Assembly: GCA_013239625.1 (NCBI GenBank)
Contig: MU053873.1
Location: 758,524-822,523, forward strand
Source: Lama guanicoe
Lineage: Eukaryota
DNA length: 64,000 nt
Reading direction: 5' to 3'
Notes under the pieces: generated by a model
Databases searched by the model: none
What the model was told of the DNA's origin: nothing
What the model saw: the letters and a program-made list of their open reading frames with translations, nothing else
Program-made: the position numbers and the translations under genes
In this document: one piece after another, positions 25,272 to 38,656 of the stretch
How positions within the stretch are numbered: position 1 is the stretch's first letter
How the letters are laid out: the number at the start of each line of letters is the position of its first letter

Positions 25272-25830
25272 TTTTTTTTTAATGGAAGTAGTGTTGATTT
25301 ACAATTTTGTGTTAGTTGCAGTTGTACAACAAAGTGATTCAGTTATATATATTCTTCTTCAGATTCCTTTCCCTTATAAGTTATTACAAGATATTGAATA
25401 TAGTTCCCTGTGCTATACAGTAGGTACTGTAGGCCCTTGTTGTTTATCTATTTCATCTGTAGTAGTGTGTATCTGTTAATCCCAAACTCCTAATTTATCC
25501 CTCCCTCCTCCCAATTTCTTGGTGTATATATATATAAATATATATATAAGATTAACCAGGGAGTCAAGAGACCTGGCTCTTTTTTTGTATTTACTTTTTT
25601 TTTTTTTGCTTATTTACAAAGCAGACTCAGACATAGAAAACAAACTTATGGTTACCAAAGGGAAAGGGGGAGGGATAAATTAGGAGTTTGGGATTAGTAG
25701 ATACAAATTACTATATATAAAATAGATAAACAACAAGATCCTGCTGTATAGCACAGGGAACTATATTCAAGGTCTTGTAATAAACTAATGGAAAAGAATA
25801 TGAAAAAGAATTAAAAATAAAAAATAATAC
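25272..25830. mobile_element. Two oppositely oriented L1 3'-end fragments (about 25272-25512 minus; about 25612-25830 plus)
   Basis: Shared GGAGGGATAAATTAGGAGTTTGGGATTA...GTATAGCACAGGGAACTATATTCAA in inverted orientation. Confidence 0.75.
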
Positions 25831-26539
25831 TAAAAGATTGGTGACAACCTAAGTGTACAACTGTAGGGGGTTGTTTTGAGAACAGTGATGCCATCCATAC
25901 AGTAGAATTCTGTGCAGTTATTGGCAAGCACCAAATAGAAATGTATTTATTGTTTTGGAAAAGTTTTTACCAATATCTTGGTAAGTTAAAAATATCGAAT
26001 GATATATGGCGTCTGTAAGGATAAAAACCAAAATCTTAAAAATGATTATCTCAGGGCGGTGGGATTGCAGATGATCTTTAATCTTCTTTGCTTACTAGTA
26101 TATTTCCATTTTTCTACAATGCAAATATTATTTGCCCCATAAACATTTTTAAAGAGTGAGATAAATTATTATTTTAAAGAGGATGTTTAGAAATTATCTC
26201 AAAGGAGGAGAAAGTTAATAGTACCAGAGTTGGGAGTAAGAGGGCTAGAGCCACTGAGGTCCTGGCCGACCCAGTGAAAAGGGAAATGGACATTATGAAG
26301 TTCTCCTGGAGGGTCTGAGGTTTTCCCCTACAACGCGGAATTCCCCAAAGGGCTGCACTGAAGGGCAGTAACCGCTAGACTAGACTTAAAGCTCTAGTTT
26401 AACTCTTCCATTCATAAGGTAACACCTGCCCGTCTCAGAGCCTCAGTTTTCCCGTCTGTAACACAGAAGGGAGATGGACCTCAAAGCCTCTACGACCTTT
26501 TCCATCTCCATTACGTTAATGACTTAACAGCTGGCTAGT

Positions 26540-27100
26540 TTTCCCAAGCCTTCTACGGGAGGCGGTGGCGGAGCAGCGCCGCGTCGGGGGAGGGGTTAAT
26601 TCCGACTGACCCCGCCCCTCCTGGCCCCGCCCCGCGGGCCCCACCCCCCCGCCCTGGTGGCACCCTTGACCCCGCCCCCAGGCCGTGCGTCCACCGGAAG
26701 TGCCCGCGCGCTGGCAGCTCACTTCCGCCCGGCAGGTGACAGCCGCGGGGCTCCGAGCGGCCGGCGGCACGGACGCACCGGGAGAGCAGTAGGACAAGGC
26801 CGCGGACATTTTTACTGCCGAGCCGAGCCACGCCGTGGCGCCGGGAGCCGTTCGGACCTGCGGGTGAGGAAGTGGGGAGCCTGGCGAGGCTGGAAAAGAA
26901 GTGGGGCTGGGAGTCGAGGGTCTGAGGTGAGCGGTTTCTGGGGTCAGAGGTCACGGAGAGGACGGGGCGCTAGAGCGGCTAGAGTGGCTTCCCAGGCCCG
27001 GGCGAGGCAGAAGGGCTGTGGGTTCATTCATTCGCGCCCCCTTGGCCGCCGGCCTGCACCCTAGGCGTCCCAGGTCCTCAGCCCCTCCCGGGACGCCCTC
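26540..27100 (+). promoter_or_regulatory. AP1B1: CpG-island promoter of AP1B1
   Basis: Dense CpG, several GC boxes (CCCCGCCCC) at 26609-26680, and ETS/GABPA motifs CCGGAAGTG (26694-26702) and CACTTCCG (26720-26727) in opposite orientations. No TATA box seen. Confidence 0.85.
26740..26863 (+). other. AP1B1: AP1B1 non-coding exon 1 (start approximate)
   Basis: Lies in the CpG island and ends at donor CGG|gtgagg (GT at 26864-26865). The TSS cannot be fixed from sequence. Confidence 0.7.
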
Positions 27101-27399
27101 CAGGAAAGACTCCTGGACTTAGGCCCCGGGGAGCCTGCTCCTGGCCAGACAGGAAACTTCTCTTCGGGTCTTGGTTCCCCCTGCACACTCACCCCCATGA
27201 CCATCCTAAGGCCTCCTCGTCGTTGAGGGCCTTATCTCTTTGCCAAGGTTCGAAAAGGGAAAAAAAGAAAAATTAAGAAACAACCCGGTGCCGCCTACTC
27301 TGGGGTAGGATTGGGCTTGGTCTGTCCGTTGGCGCCTCTGGAATAAGTTAACCGAGGACACCTGTAATCATGCCAAAAATACTGATAAAAATGCTAGCT

Positions 27400-27600
27400 A
27401 CTGGTTATTGAGCTACTGCTGTCTTCCAGGCACTGTGCTAAGCACTTACAATGCCGATTTTTAAACTTCCCAGTAACCCTTGTGAGATACCTACTGTTGT
27501 CACCCCCACTTTATGCATGAGGAAACCGAGGCACAGAGAGGTTAAATCACACCTGTAAGGTCAATAAGGTAGTTTTGGTAAGCGCCGGGGTTCCTACCCA
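27400..27600. mobile_element. MIR SINE (representative of many copies in the window)
   Basis: Core ATGAGGAAACCGAGGCACAGAGAGGTTAAAT. Similar cores occur near 3150, 5930, 8700, 9050, 22260, 39650, 43000, 45300, 48900, 49150, 55520 and 56880. Confidence 0.75.
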
Positions 27601-29329
27601 GTCTCTCAGGGACCTGTAAAGTGCAGAGACAAAAGAGACTGGAGTAAAGATGTAGCCTTATTGCTTCTCGTCTCATCCTCATAAGAAGCATTTGACTCAC
27701 TTTCTTTAGGATGAAACAGTCCTGCAGGCTGTTGCCCTGAGTGATTACCTCCCAGGGCAAGTCAGGAAGTTTTCCTGATTGTTGGGAACTGTGAGACATA
27801 AAACAGGCTATCCACAAAGCTAATGTAAGAATATCAAGAACCTCTCTTGAGAGTGGTTGAACTGCATTCTTTTTGGAGTAAAGAGAGGAACCACATGACT
27901 CCTACGGGATCTTTTGGCTCTAGGTTCTTAAAGAACATTCTCAGGGGAATGGTCTGTGTCTCTCTGAGAAAAGTGTGGGTCCTATGGCTTCTAGGCTGGG
28001 GAGCACACATCTTGCCTAGGAAATGGTGCAGTAGATTGATGGCCGGAGGTTTAGGCACCGTGACCTATGTCTGTTCTTCGCAGACATTGACTTGCTCCAG
28101 TTCTGCCTCAGTTTCCCAGAGAGCAGCACAGACCTGCTGACTTCTGCCCACTCCTGGGTGTTAATGAAGCCTTAATGAGCCTGTAAGATTTTCCATGTGC
28201 TTCTGAAGAAAGCTGTGATATAAATATTACTGTAGTACCCGTTTTTAATCTCTATGATCTGTTCTCCTAGTTCCACTGAATTCATGGAAACTTAATATTG
28301 TCACCTTATCCCCATCCTTCCATGGGAGGATTTAAGATGAGGTGACTTGTCACAGATGGTGGGAACGTGAGCAGAGCTCAGAGCAGCTGGCTCCCTGTCC
28401 CAAGTTGAGCCCACTGGGCTCCTTCGACCTCTTAGAGCAGCTTCACTAGTTTTCACAGAATCAGATCCCTCCGAGGTTGTCTACAGAGTATCTGTTGAAT
28501 GTGGTTTGAGAAGAGGCTTCACCTGAGTGGCTTGAAGAGCTCAGCGGGTGTTAAAAAAAGCACTGCTTGGCTCCCTGTCAGTCAGCCCTGGGTTCCAGTC
28601 CCAGCTCAGCAGCTTTGTGTGGTGTGACCTGGATGATGTACTTAGGCTGAGCCTTCTCTACCTCAGCTCTAAAATGGTACTGACCACCACTTTCCCCTCC
28701 CCTGCCGAGCGCTGCTGCATTTGGGGATTGGACAGGGACATTTGTGCAGAGCCCACTACTGTGGTGATGGGTGCCTTGACCCCAGGCAGTTGATGCCCAC
28801 TGGGGGCCTGTGTCTGAGGAAGGCTGTCAGGAAGGCTGTTACCCCCTGGTTTTGGGGATGTTACTTTCATGTGCAAACAGAGACCTTTATGTATACAGAA
28901 CTTCTCCCATCCTTGTTTCACTTCCTAAAAGCGTTTCAGAAGAAGTTCAGTCCATTGGTCCTGCAGGCTTGGGGCTTGAACCTTCATGTTTTTCTTGTCA
29001 TCCTCTGAAACTGCATTCTTGACTGCTGACTTCCCGAAAACCCTCACGTCTGGCACCAAAGCTGATGTGCTGACAGTGAGCCAATCTGGCTTGGGTGTGA
29101 GTTCTGCTCTTTGGTGTATTTCCAGAAGCCGAAGGGCCCTCTGTTTCTTGTAGGTATTTCTTTTTCTGAACAGGTCTTTTTGCCTAAGATAGGTCACTGA
29201 CAAATTGTCACAGGCCAGAAAGGGTTTTTGTGTTCTTTTTCTCTTCACACAGAGAGGAACAAATAAGCCCAGAGAGAAAATACTGTTGAGCAGGAGGGGA
29301 ATCCTTTACAGCAATTCTGCTTGAATATC

Positions 29330-29785
29330 CATCAGCAGATCCTCATTGCTTTCGGGCTAAAACTCACATTCCTTAGCATGGCCTTCAAGGCCTTTTGAGC
29401 TCCGACCCCTGCCAGGTTCTCCTGCCTCATCTTTCCCACTCTCTTCCAAGCTCTGGGTGAACTCAGCTGCTTTGTCACTTCTGCAAGCCCCAACTGTTTA
29501 CCTCTGTGTAAACGCCACTGAACACATTTCCTGTCACACCCCCTTCTTTGCTAGGCTGCTACTTGGTGCTTCCTATCTGACCATCTCCCCTACCTTGCTG
29601 GCCTGAACTGGAAGTCCTGGGGCATTGATCACAGCAGGTTGTCATTGACTGTTTACTTGGCTGTCTTCTAAGTAAACAGCTCTTAATCCTTGGAGAGGAC
29701 TTAAATGTCTGTCTCCAGTACCTAGTGAAATATCTGGCACATAGTAGGTGCTCAGTAAATGTTCAGTGAATAAGTGAATGAATAT
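29330..29785 (+). mobile_element. L2 3' fragment
   Basis: Ends CTGGCACATAGTAGGTGCTCAGTAAATGTTCAGTGAATAAGTGAATGAAT. Confidence 0.7.
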
Positions 29786-30779
29786 AGCATTGAATTGTTA
29801 GGATTCCTTGACTCCTGAGGAATTCGAAGCACTTTCCAGATGATCTGTCCATCCTCATGTCACCCAAGAGGGATAGGGAGAAATCTGACCGATGGTGGGA
29901 TTAACTACTCTCCAGCTACTCATGCTCCCAGCTAGCCTGCCGCCCGAGCACTTCTGGCCTCCAGAGACCTGGGGGCTGGGGAGCACCAGGGAGGTACCGA
30001 TGCTAACAGCTCTCCCTGTATAGTAGTAAAAGTGGCTAACTTGGTGGGCTGGGCGCTGCGGAGGGCTTTGTATGTATTCACTTCTTTTAGTCTCACAAAC
30101 CCCTCAGGTATGTGACGCTGTAATTCTCATTTTACAGTTGTGGTATGGTTGTGCCGGTTCGGTTGTGTAAGACCCCTTGAGAGCCCAGGCACATCCCTGC
30201 CATGGCCACCTTTCCTTTCCCAAGCCCTTGTTTTTGAATTCTCTTCTGTTATTTAATGGAGCTGAGGAGGAGTTTGGCCATGGTTCTAGACCCCCAGGCC
30301 TCATGCTTTTGGGATCTTTAGCCTTGGGCTTGACCTCTGACCGCCATTAAGAGGATCTCCGTGAAGTTGGGCGGCCCCTTCTAGTTAAGATGACAGTGTG
30401 GCTGGCTGACTGCAGAATGCCCAGAGTTCATCCTCAGCCAGAGTGCCTTAGTCACTGATGCACTCTCTCCTCTGTGGGCTTGAGCCGCAGGATGGTAGGT
30501 TTGGAAGTCATGTCTCAAAAACTTTAAAACTAACCCTTCAGTGTTGATTTTCAGTATTCATTACAGCTGGACTCTGTAGAGGACTAGACTTGGTTGGCAC
30601 ATACTTTATATCACTCTCTAATTGCTTTAAGGGTCCTGAGCATACTGACAGTGGAATGACAAAATTTTGTTTTAGCCGGCTGTTGAGTCTGTTTCTGTGG
30701 TCTTCATTCTCTGATCTCTAAGGGCTGGGTGGCTGGATGTTGAGATGCTGAGGACAGAGCCTTCATATGTCCAGCCTTG

Positions 30780-32960
30780 GTTCATTCATTCAGTATTTAC
30801 TGAGCCCTGCTGTGTGCCTAGCACTGGGCTAAATGTGATGACAGGTAAACAAGTCTGACAGTTTCTGCCTTTGGGTCTCTTACCACATTCTAGCAGGGGA
30901 GAGAGACAAAGAAGAAATAGAAAACAAATGTAATAATTAGAAAACCAGATAAATCATGAGGGAAATGGAGCATAGCAGCTAGCACCTGTTAAAATGTAAG
31001 CCAGATCTCAGGACTCTTGCTTTGAAACGCTCCAGTGCTCCCAGCTCATTCAGAGTAAAAGCCAGAGTCCTTACCTGACCTGTAAGGCCCCCCTTCATTC
31101 TCCTCTGACCACTCAACCCACAGACCCCCTCATAGCTCACTTTGTTCAAGCCACATCGCCTCCCTGCTGTTCTTCAGACAGGCCAGGTACACTCCCACCT
31201 TTGCACAATTTTTTACACCTGGAAGGCTCTTCTCCAGGCAGTGTCACCTGCCACCTTCTCAAGGAGGCCTTTTGTGGTTAAATTTCAACTTCCCACCCGC
31301 CTTCCCCCATGCTCCCTATCCTCCTTCCCTGCTTTTTTTTCTCCATAGCTGTTATCACTATCTGAGATACTATATATTTAATTTATTTATCTTGCCTATA
31401 GTCCCCTTCTGCCATTAGGACGTAAGCTCTAAGAAGGGAAGGGTTTTTATCTGTTTCATTCAGTGCTGCATGTCCAGCATGTAGACCTGTTTATGGCTGA
31501 GTGTAAGTGTGTGAACAGGAATACTGGGCTGTGAGGACAGAAAAATACCTACCTAGTGTGTGCAGGGATGATGTCTTTGCAGTGATGCCATCTAAGCTGA
31601 GATTTAAAGGATAAGTTGGAGCAGCCACTCTAGAAGCCGGAGAGGTAATCCAGGCAGAAGGATCAGCAAGTGTGAAGGTAGTGGAGGGCTTGGCAGTTAG
31701 AGGAACACAGAAGGCCTGTGAGCCTGGAGGGTTATAGGTGGAGGGGAGGGCCTAGCTGAGCTCACATCGTAGCCTGTGTCACAGGCCCCTCCGCACGCCT
31801 TCCCCAGCATTGTACCCACCACCTTCTGCAGCTCTGGTCACTCTGAGCTGATGCCCAGAGTAAGGGATGGTGATCTGGCCTCAGTGAGGGAAGCGCCTGA
31901 ACATTTCTTCCATCGGAGATGGTGCCACCTGATCTTCTACCCTTTGCCCTTTCTTCTCTCTCTTATCATTTATTTACTTACCTTCTATTTATTGGCTGTG
32001 AAATGGGCTAGGGTGTTCGGCATTCTCAATTTCAGTTTTGTCAAAATAGCTTGACAGCCAGAACAGATGCAGCTCTGACCCTGGCAAACCCTTGAAATGA
32101 ACATTGGGAAGCTGTTCTCTAGCTGAGGTTGGTTTACAAAACATGAAATTTCCCTTCGAGGAGAGTTGAGCACTAGTCCTGCAAGTATTTTTTGAGCAGG
32201 TCCTACTTGCCTGGCTTACATTTTAACAGGTGCTAGCTGCTATGCTCCATTTCCTTCATGATGTTTCTGGTTTTCTAATTATTACATTTGTTTTCTATGT
32301 CTTCCTTGTCTGTCTCCCCTCCTAGAATGGGAGAGGATGGTGGCCTGGGGCTAGGTGGTTGTGATGGAGCTGGTGGGAAGCACCTTCATGGATTCAAAGT
32401 TAATTGTGAAGGTAGACCCAACAGGAGTTGCTGATGGATTAGATATGGGAGGTGAGAGAGAGTGTGCTGTCAGGAATAACTGAGGTTTTGGAGGCCTGAG
32501 AACCTGTTAAAGATGGTAATGGCAGTAACTAAGGTCATGAAGGCTGAAGGATGAACCAGTTGGGGGCTAGGAGGAAGCAGGTGGTAGTTTTTTATCATGT
32601 TAAGTTTGAGCTGCCATATAGATGTTCAAGTGGAGATGTCAGGCAGTTTAAATATATGAGCTGGGAGTTCAGGGGAGAGGTTGGGCCTGGGGATATAAAG
32701 TTGTGAGTTGTAACACATGGATGGTGCTTAAAGCCATGACACTGGAGGAGGCAAGAAAACACAGCTGGAGAAGGGAAGAGAGTCTCTGGAAAGGGGCAGA
32801 GAAACCAGGCCTGAGCCTTGGGGCACTCCAAGTGTTGGAGGAGTGGAGGGGGAACAGAGGAACTAGACAAGGGGGTAGGAGGGAAAGCAGAGAGCATGGC
32901 ATCCTGGAATCCAAGGGAGAGAGTGTTTCAAGGAGAAGGAAGTGATCAGTAGTGTCAGAT
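30780..32960. mobile_element. Cluster of L2 fragments in mixed orientation
   Basis: TTCATTCATTCAGTATTTACTGAG start; plus-oriented L2 body at about 31000-31510; minus-oriented L2 at about 32330-32960. Confidence 0.6.
30886..32329. repeat. About 119-bp inverted repeat pair (30886-31004 and 32211-32329)
   Basis: Manual alignment gives about 7 mismatches and no gaps. Confidence 0.92.
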
Positions 32961-35900
32961 GCTTGTCGGCATGAGACTTGTCATTTGATACGATCGCTGC
33001 ATCTTCTGCCGGCAGGGTCCGACTCACCCTGGCATCCAGCACTGACTTTGAATCTCATCCTTCCCTGCCTAACCTCCCCGGCTCCTTTCCCTGCCAAGAT
33101 CTTGCCTTCAGCCAGGCAGGGGTCTATCAGACTCCTAAACATGTGCTGTGAGCTTGTTTTGGCCTTGGATACGTCACTCCTCTCAGCATCTCTAACTCTT
33201 CATTTTTAAATAGGTTTCTTGAGAATTAAATGATACAGGGGCTATAAATTACTTAGCTCAGAGCCTCTGCCCCAGTGAATGAGTGTGCTGCTTTAGTTAT
33301 TCTCATTCACTCCCTGTTATGCAGGCATCTTGGGGGTCTTCTCCATGTTACCCTCACCCCTCCCTTTCCAACTCTGACACATCTTTTCATGTCCAGACAA
33401 GCCCCTTTTAATTCAGGAAGGCTTCCTTTGATGCCCCACCCATCTAAACCATCCTCCTCTGAGCTTTGGGGCAGTTATCTGGAGGGCGTGATTACTCTGC
33501 TATTCACCTGAAGTCCTTCACCTGGCCTCAGGATCTGTGAAAGCCAGCAGGCACTGACTGTTCTTTGTCTACGCTGTGTGTGCTCCTGTGTGGGGCACAG
33601 TCCCATGCTTGGGGCTGACAGTGCTCCACACTGTTACCCATGCTATATATACAAGTGACTCTAAAACTGGACAGATTTTCAGAGTGTTCCCACTGTGTAG
33701 GCCGGAAAACCGAGGTCTCGAGGAGCCTCGTTCTGTAGTCTTGGGCGTCTTTCTTATCTTCATTAATTTAAGGATTGTTCAGAAGAAGGCCCTATTATTG
33801 TTTTCTTTTTTTAAGGAACTTTTTCTTTTTCTTGGCAGCAGATCTTTCCACGCATTACTGCTCATAGATTAGTTGAGAACTGGCACTTGATGCTAGAGTT
33901 CAGTCCTGGAGACTCGGTGCTGATAGAGGAACATTTGCACGTGCCATTTGCCTGCCTTTAGTTCCTTTTCATTTTGAGACTTTAATTGTTAGTGGGTCTC
34001 AGAAGACTGACTTCGACCAATCAGTTTTTACTCACATCCCAGGAGGCCTGTACCTCGGTGAGCTCATCCAGACAGGCTTTCACTAGGCCCATTACCAAAC
34101 TTGACATTCCTGCTGTCCAGACTGGCTCTAAAATAACCTGTAATTCAGCCTTCGAGGGACTCGGCAGGGATGTGTGGCAACATACTTCGCATACTGTTTA
34201 GCCTGGAGTGTGTGCTTCTGCCAGGACTTCGCCAGAAAGGAGCTGCCTTGCTGGACACAGTGGGACGTGTGTGACCTCATTACAGGGCAAGGGTAGAGAG
34301 TGTCAGCACTCCCATTTTCTAGCTGTGTGACTCCAGACAAATGCCTTGACCTCTCTGGGCTTCAATTTGCTCATTTGTAAACATGATATTATCATTACCT
34401 TCTTCACAGATTACTGTGAGGATTAATTTTAAAACTCTTTTTGTAGTTTCTGGCCCATAATGCACATCCATTTGTTGTTAACCACAGCCACTGCCACTTC
34501 TGTTTCAAATATTGTGCCAAGCCCAAAGAAGAATGCAGCTTATTTTCTCATAGTAATTGAACTAACTTGAAGGAGCCTGTCTGAGTTTGGTGACCACGTT
34601 GTCTCAGAGAGGAAGTCTGAAATCTGGTTTCTCTACTGCTGACTCACCTTGTAATCTTCGAGGTGGCCTTACCTGTTTCCCTGTCTGTATGTGAACTTTA
34701 TTACTTACGTGTGAGCAACTTTTCCCTTTTAAAAGGAGACTGTCAGGTCAGGAGCAGTGAGTAAAATTACTAGGTGGTGAGTAAAATCATCGTTTCTATT
34801 AAACATTGTCCATATTAAATGGGGTCAGGGATGCAGTCCAGAGCATGGCAAAGAGTAGGGGGATATTTATGAAATGAATCAACCTTGGCCCTTGAGACAG
34901 AACTGAAGACAGCAAAACACGTGAGCTGGTTACAGTTTGGCTTTTGTGTTCCAAGTGAAGAAGAAACCATGGCACTACCCTTCCCCTTTTATTCACTCTT
35001 CCTAGCTTAGTCCTGACTGTCCTTTGGCTAACCCTTGCCTTGGAGCAGGTTTCTAAAATTTATTCATCAGGCAAGGGTTTAACAGTGACAATTTCAGCAC
35101 TGAAGTTGGAAGACTTTTGAAGATCAGTTTTCCCTGCCCAGATAGCCTTGAATTCAGAGATGTCTTGGCAACTGAATCAGACCTTGTCAAATGTTTCTTT
35201 CCCCTTTTCCTTTCCTAAGCTTCTCCTCTGGCTGGTCTCACTGCACCAGGGACTGTCTCCCTGCTTGATTCACTGGGTGCCGACAGTGTGCAGGGCGCTG
35301 TGCTAGGGGTGCCCACTCCACGGTCTTGTCCAATTGCACAGCATGGGCTGCTCTGCATGAATCACTGCCCTGAGACTAGGAGAGCCCTCTCCCTGGCCAT
35401 TGGCTGGCCATTTGGGGAATTGCTTGGCTTGTTACTGTTTTCCCTCCTACAGAAGACCTAATAAGGTTTACTGGCTCTGGCTGCATTCTGAATTTGTTTT
35501 CCTTTTTGTCCCCTTGGAAACGTCTTCTGTTCTGCTCTGTGAATGATCATGCTCCATTTCCTCTTGTTTGATACCCAGGTGGAACACTCATTGGTGAGGA
35601 AGTGGTTTCTCATCTAGCAGGGAATCATAGATGCTGAGATGTGGGAGGGATGTTGTCATTTGATAGACTGGTTTTCAAACTTTGTTCCATGGAACTATGG
35701 GTTGTCTGAAGGGCCCCTGGTGAGGAGGGGAGAAGTGGGCATAGGGGAATGAGTCCCAATCTGTACTTCAACCAGAGCAGTTCCACTTATATTTTAAACT
35801 AATATAAGTTTATATTAGAGGGTGGTGGCTTGAAAAGCCATTGAATTCTCTTGTTCGACAATTGGAGAAAATACGGCCCAGAGATGGGGGAGATTTTCCC

Positions 35901-38498
35901 AGGGTCACACAGCTGTTGATAGCAAAGCCGAATTTCCTGGCAGCCATCTTGGCATTAGACTGGCCTTGCCATGTTTGTTGAAAGTTAACCGGAGAGCCTT
36001 ATGTTCTCAGTTTGCCCAGCCATTGCTGTCTGGCAGTCATCAAGGAGTCCTATTGTTTTGATCTGTTACGGGCCCTTGGTTTTCTAGCTTCTCTGGGAAC
36101 CTGTCTTTTCATTTGGCCAGTGGACATTTGGTGAACTCTCAGAATGCGCCAAGCATTGTGCCAGTCACTGGGTTGACAGTGTTAAACAGGACAGATTCGT
36201 CACCCTTGGAATTATTTTGTGCCCCCTTAAGTCAGTCCTTCCCACCTAGAAGCATCCACTGATCGGACTTCTGCCACCATTGGTTAATTTTGCCTCTACT
36301 TATTCTGGAATTTCATATTTACCATGTTGATGTTTACATTTCTTAGTGTCTTTTCATTCTCTTGTTGTCCCCTGTCAGTGGTGAGTTCCCCATTTCTTAA
36401 AGAGAAAGTTGAATTGTAGAGATGAAGTAAACTAATCTTAGCTCAGTACTTTTTAATTATTATTAGCAATCTTGAGACCTTAGAGAAAAGTTAACATATA
36501 TTCAATATTTTCTTATTTCTTATAGATTTAAATTCATTTTTTAAGCTTAAAACATGAAAGGGTATTTTAAAACTCCTGTTCATAAAATTACATTTAGATT
36601 TGTGAGGATTGAAAATTTTGAAGTGTTGAGAACTGTGTTTTTCTTAAACCTAACTCTAACTCCAGTGGCTTAAATCCAAAGTCTTTAGCTGGGAAAATTT
36701 TTATGGGTTTTTTCCCTTTCCTTTTTTTCCTAGGACCTCATTTTTCCACTCTTAAATTAAATTACAGCTTTGTCCCTGGCCAGTGTATTAGCAATTCTCA
36801 CCAAAGACTTCTTTTTAATTCTAGAAAACATAAGAGAAAACTACTCTGTTTCAGGTTTTATTACTCAGTTCCTTTTCTTTATGTCTAGTGGCAGGGGAAA
36901 CAGCCTTGTCAATAGGATTTAAAACAAAAAAAATAGTGAGATTAATAGGAACTGGCCCTGGGATTGTGGCATCAAAGCCATCTTCCGAGGATGGGTGTGG
37001 AGAGGAGGAGCTTGAGGTGGGGACAGCAGTAGTGGCTCCTCAAAGACAAACCGGTCCTTCCAGTTGTGGCCCTCCTTGAGTTTGGGCTGTGCCATCCCCT
37101 GGAGGCATTCCTTGGCCTGTAAATGCTGAAATTGAGGAATATCCCAGCCCAGGATGCCGTCTCCTTAGCAAAAGTGACTCATCACACTTACCAGAGCAGC
37201 TTCTGAAACAAAAATTCCCTCCAATTATTGCTTTTTTAAATGCGCCCCGCCACTTCCAAAGATGGAATCCAAACCCTAAGCTTTTTCTTTCCTAAATTGG
37301 CTGCTTGCTTTCAGTTGTGGCTCATGTACATGATCAAGGTCTTGGCCCTTGTGGCCTCCATTAGCAGGGATGCAATGCATGGTGACAGCTGAGCCGGGCC
37401 AGGGAAAGCACCAGTCTTTCCTGTGTCATCTACAAGACTGAGCTCAAAGTCTGCGTGAACCGTAGGGTTTTTTCCATTCCTGCAGAGAGAACGAAAAATC
37501 TCTTGTGCGCTGACATCCAAGAGGCAGCTGCGGTGTCAGGACACAAGGAGCTAGCCCCCTCAGTAGATCTGCGGGTGCAGGTGATCTCTCACGGGGAGGT
37601 GAGGTTTTTTTAATTGGTGCTCTGGGGTGGCTTTGCAAAGCGTTTTCACTTCTCCCCATGCCCCCTTCCTCCTCTACTTTAATTTCCTGTGTATGAAACA
37701 GCTTCAGAGGGAAACGATTTCTGCATCACCAGTCCCATTGGGCCCTCTGCAGAGGGATATGCGAAATAGATACTGCGGAGGAAAGAGGCCGCCAGCCTCA
37801 GCCGGCACACAGGATGGCAGTTTAAGTTTGTGAGTAGTTCTGTGTAAGGAAGTTCTGTGTAAGTAGACCTGTGTAAGGAAGAGTGTCATCAAAAGCTTCG
37901 GCTGTAGGGACATCACCCTCTGTGGTGGCTTCACTAGCTGACTCTGCAGCTCTGTTGCTTTTTTTAATTCTTCAAAGAGAAGCTTTCCCACCCTTTCCTC
38001 TACCTGGGTGGTTGCATCCAACACAGACCTGTCAGGTTGTGTCCTGGAAATTCAGGGCCCTGGGATGTGGTGGTGTGCCTGCAGATAAGGAGAAAGCACC
38101 TGTCAGCGTCCTCTTCCAGAGAAGGAAGAATTTCTGGGCCGCACCGAAGTTAGACATCTAAGGTAGTTTTGCTTTGTTCATTTTGATTTCCTTGTAGATT
38201 TAACAGTGAAGGGGTTTGTACATTACTTTCTGTGATTCTTTTGGCCTGTGATTTTTAGCTCCTCTTGCCTTCATTGATCCCTCTTCTTTGACTGAACTTA
38301 ACCTTGGGAAGCAGGGCACTCTACTATGGGTACCTCTGCGATTATGCTCTCAGGACTGACTTCTGAAGCCATACCGCACTTTGTTGTGTGACATGCCAGT
38401 ATCTTCTTTACCTGCTCATTCTCACAGCTCCAGAAAGAACTTCTAAGTTGGTGAGGTTTCTCTGAGAAAATTGCTTTCTGTGTGCTCAAAAGGAAATT

Positions 38499-38656
38499 TT
38501 AAAAAAAAGTTTGATGGGGGAGGTAATTAGGTTTATTTATTTATTATTGTTGTTGTTGTTGTTGTTATGATTATTATTATTATTAATGGAGGCATTGGGG
38601 AAAGAACCCAGGACCTCGTGCATCCACTCTACCACTGAGCTATACCCTACCCCCTA
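38499..38656 (-). mobile_element. tRNA-derived SINE (Vic-1-like) with 12-bp TSD
   Basis: Same family motifs; CAAAAGGAAATT at 38487-38498 and 38657-38668. Confidence 0.82.

Noticed and set aside
16833..38656. A-box and B-box sequences as tRNA genes
   Set aside because: They are degenerate, with shared non-tRNA tails, A-rich ends and TSDs, so they are SINEs.
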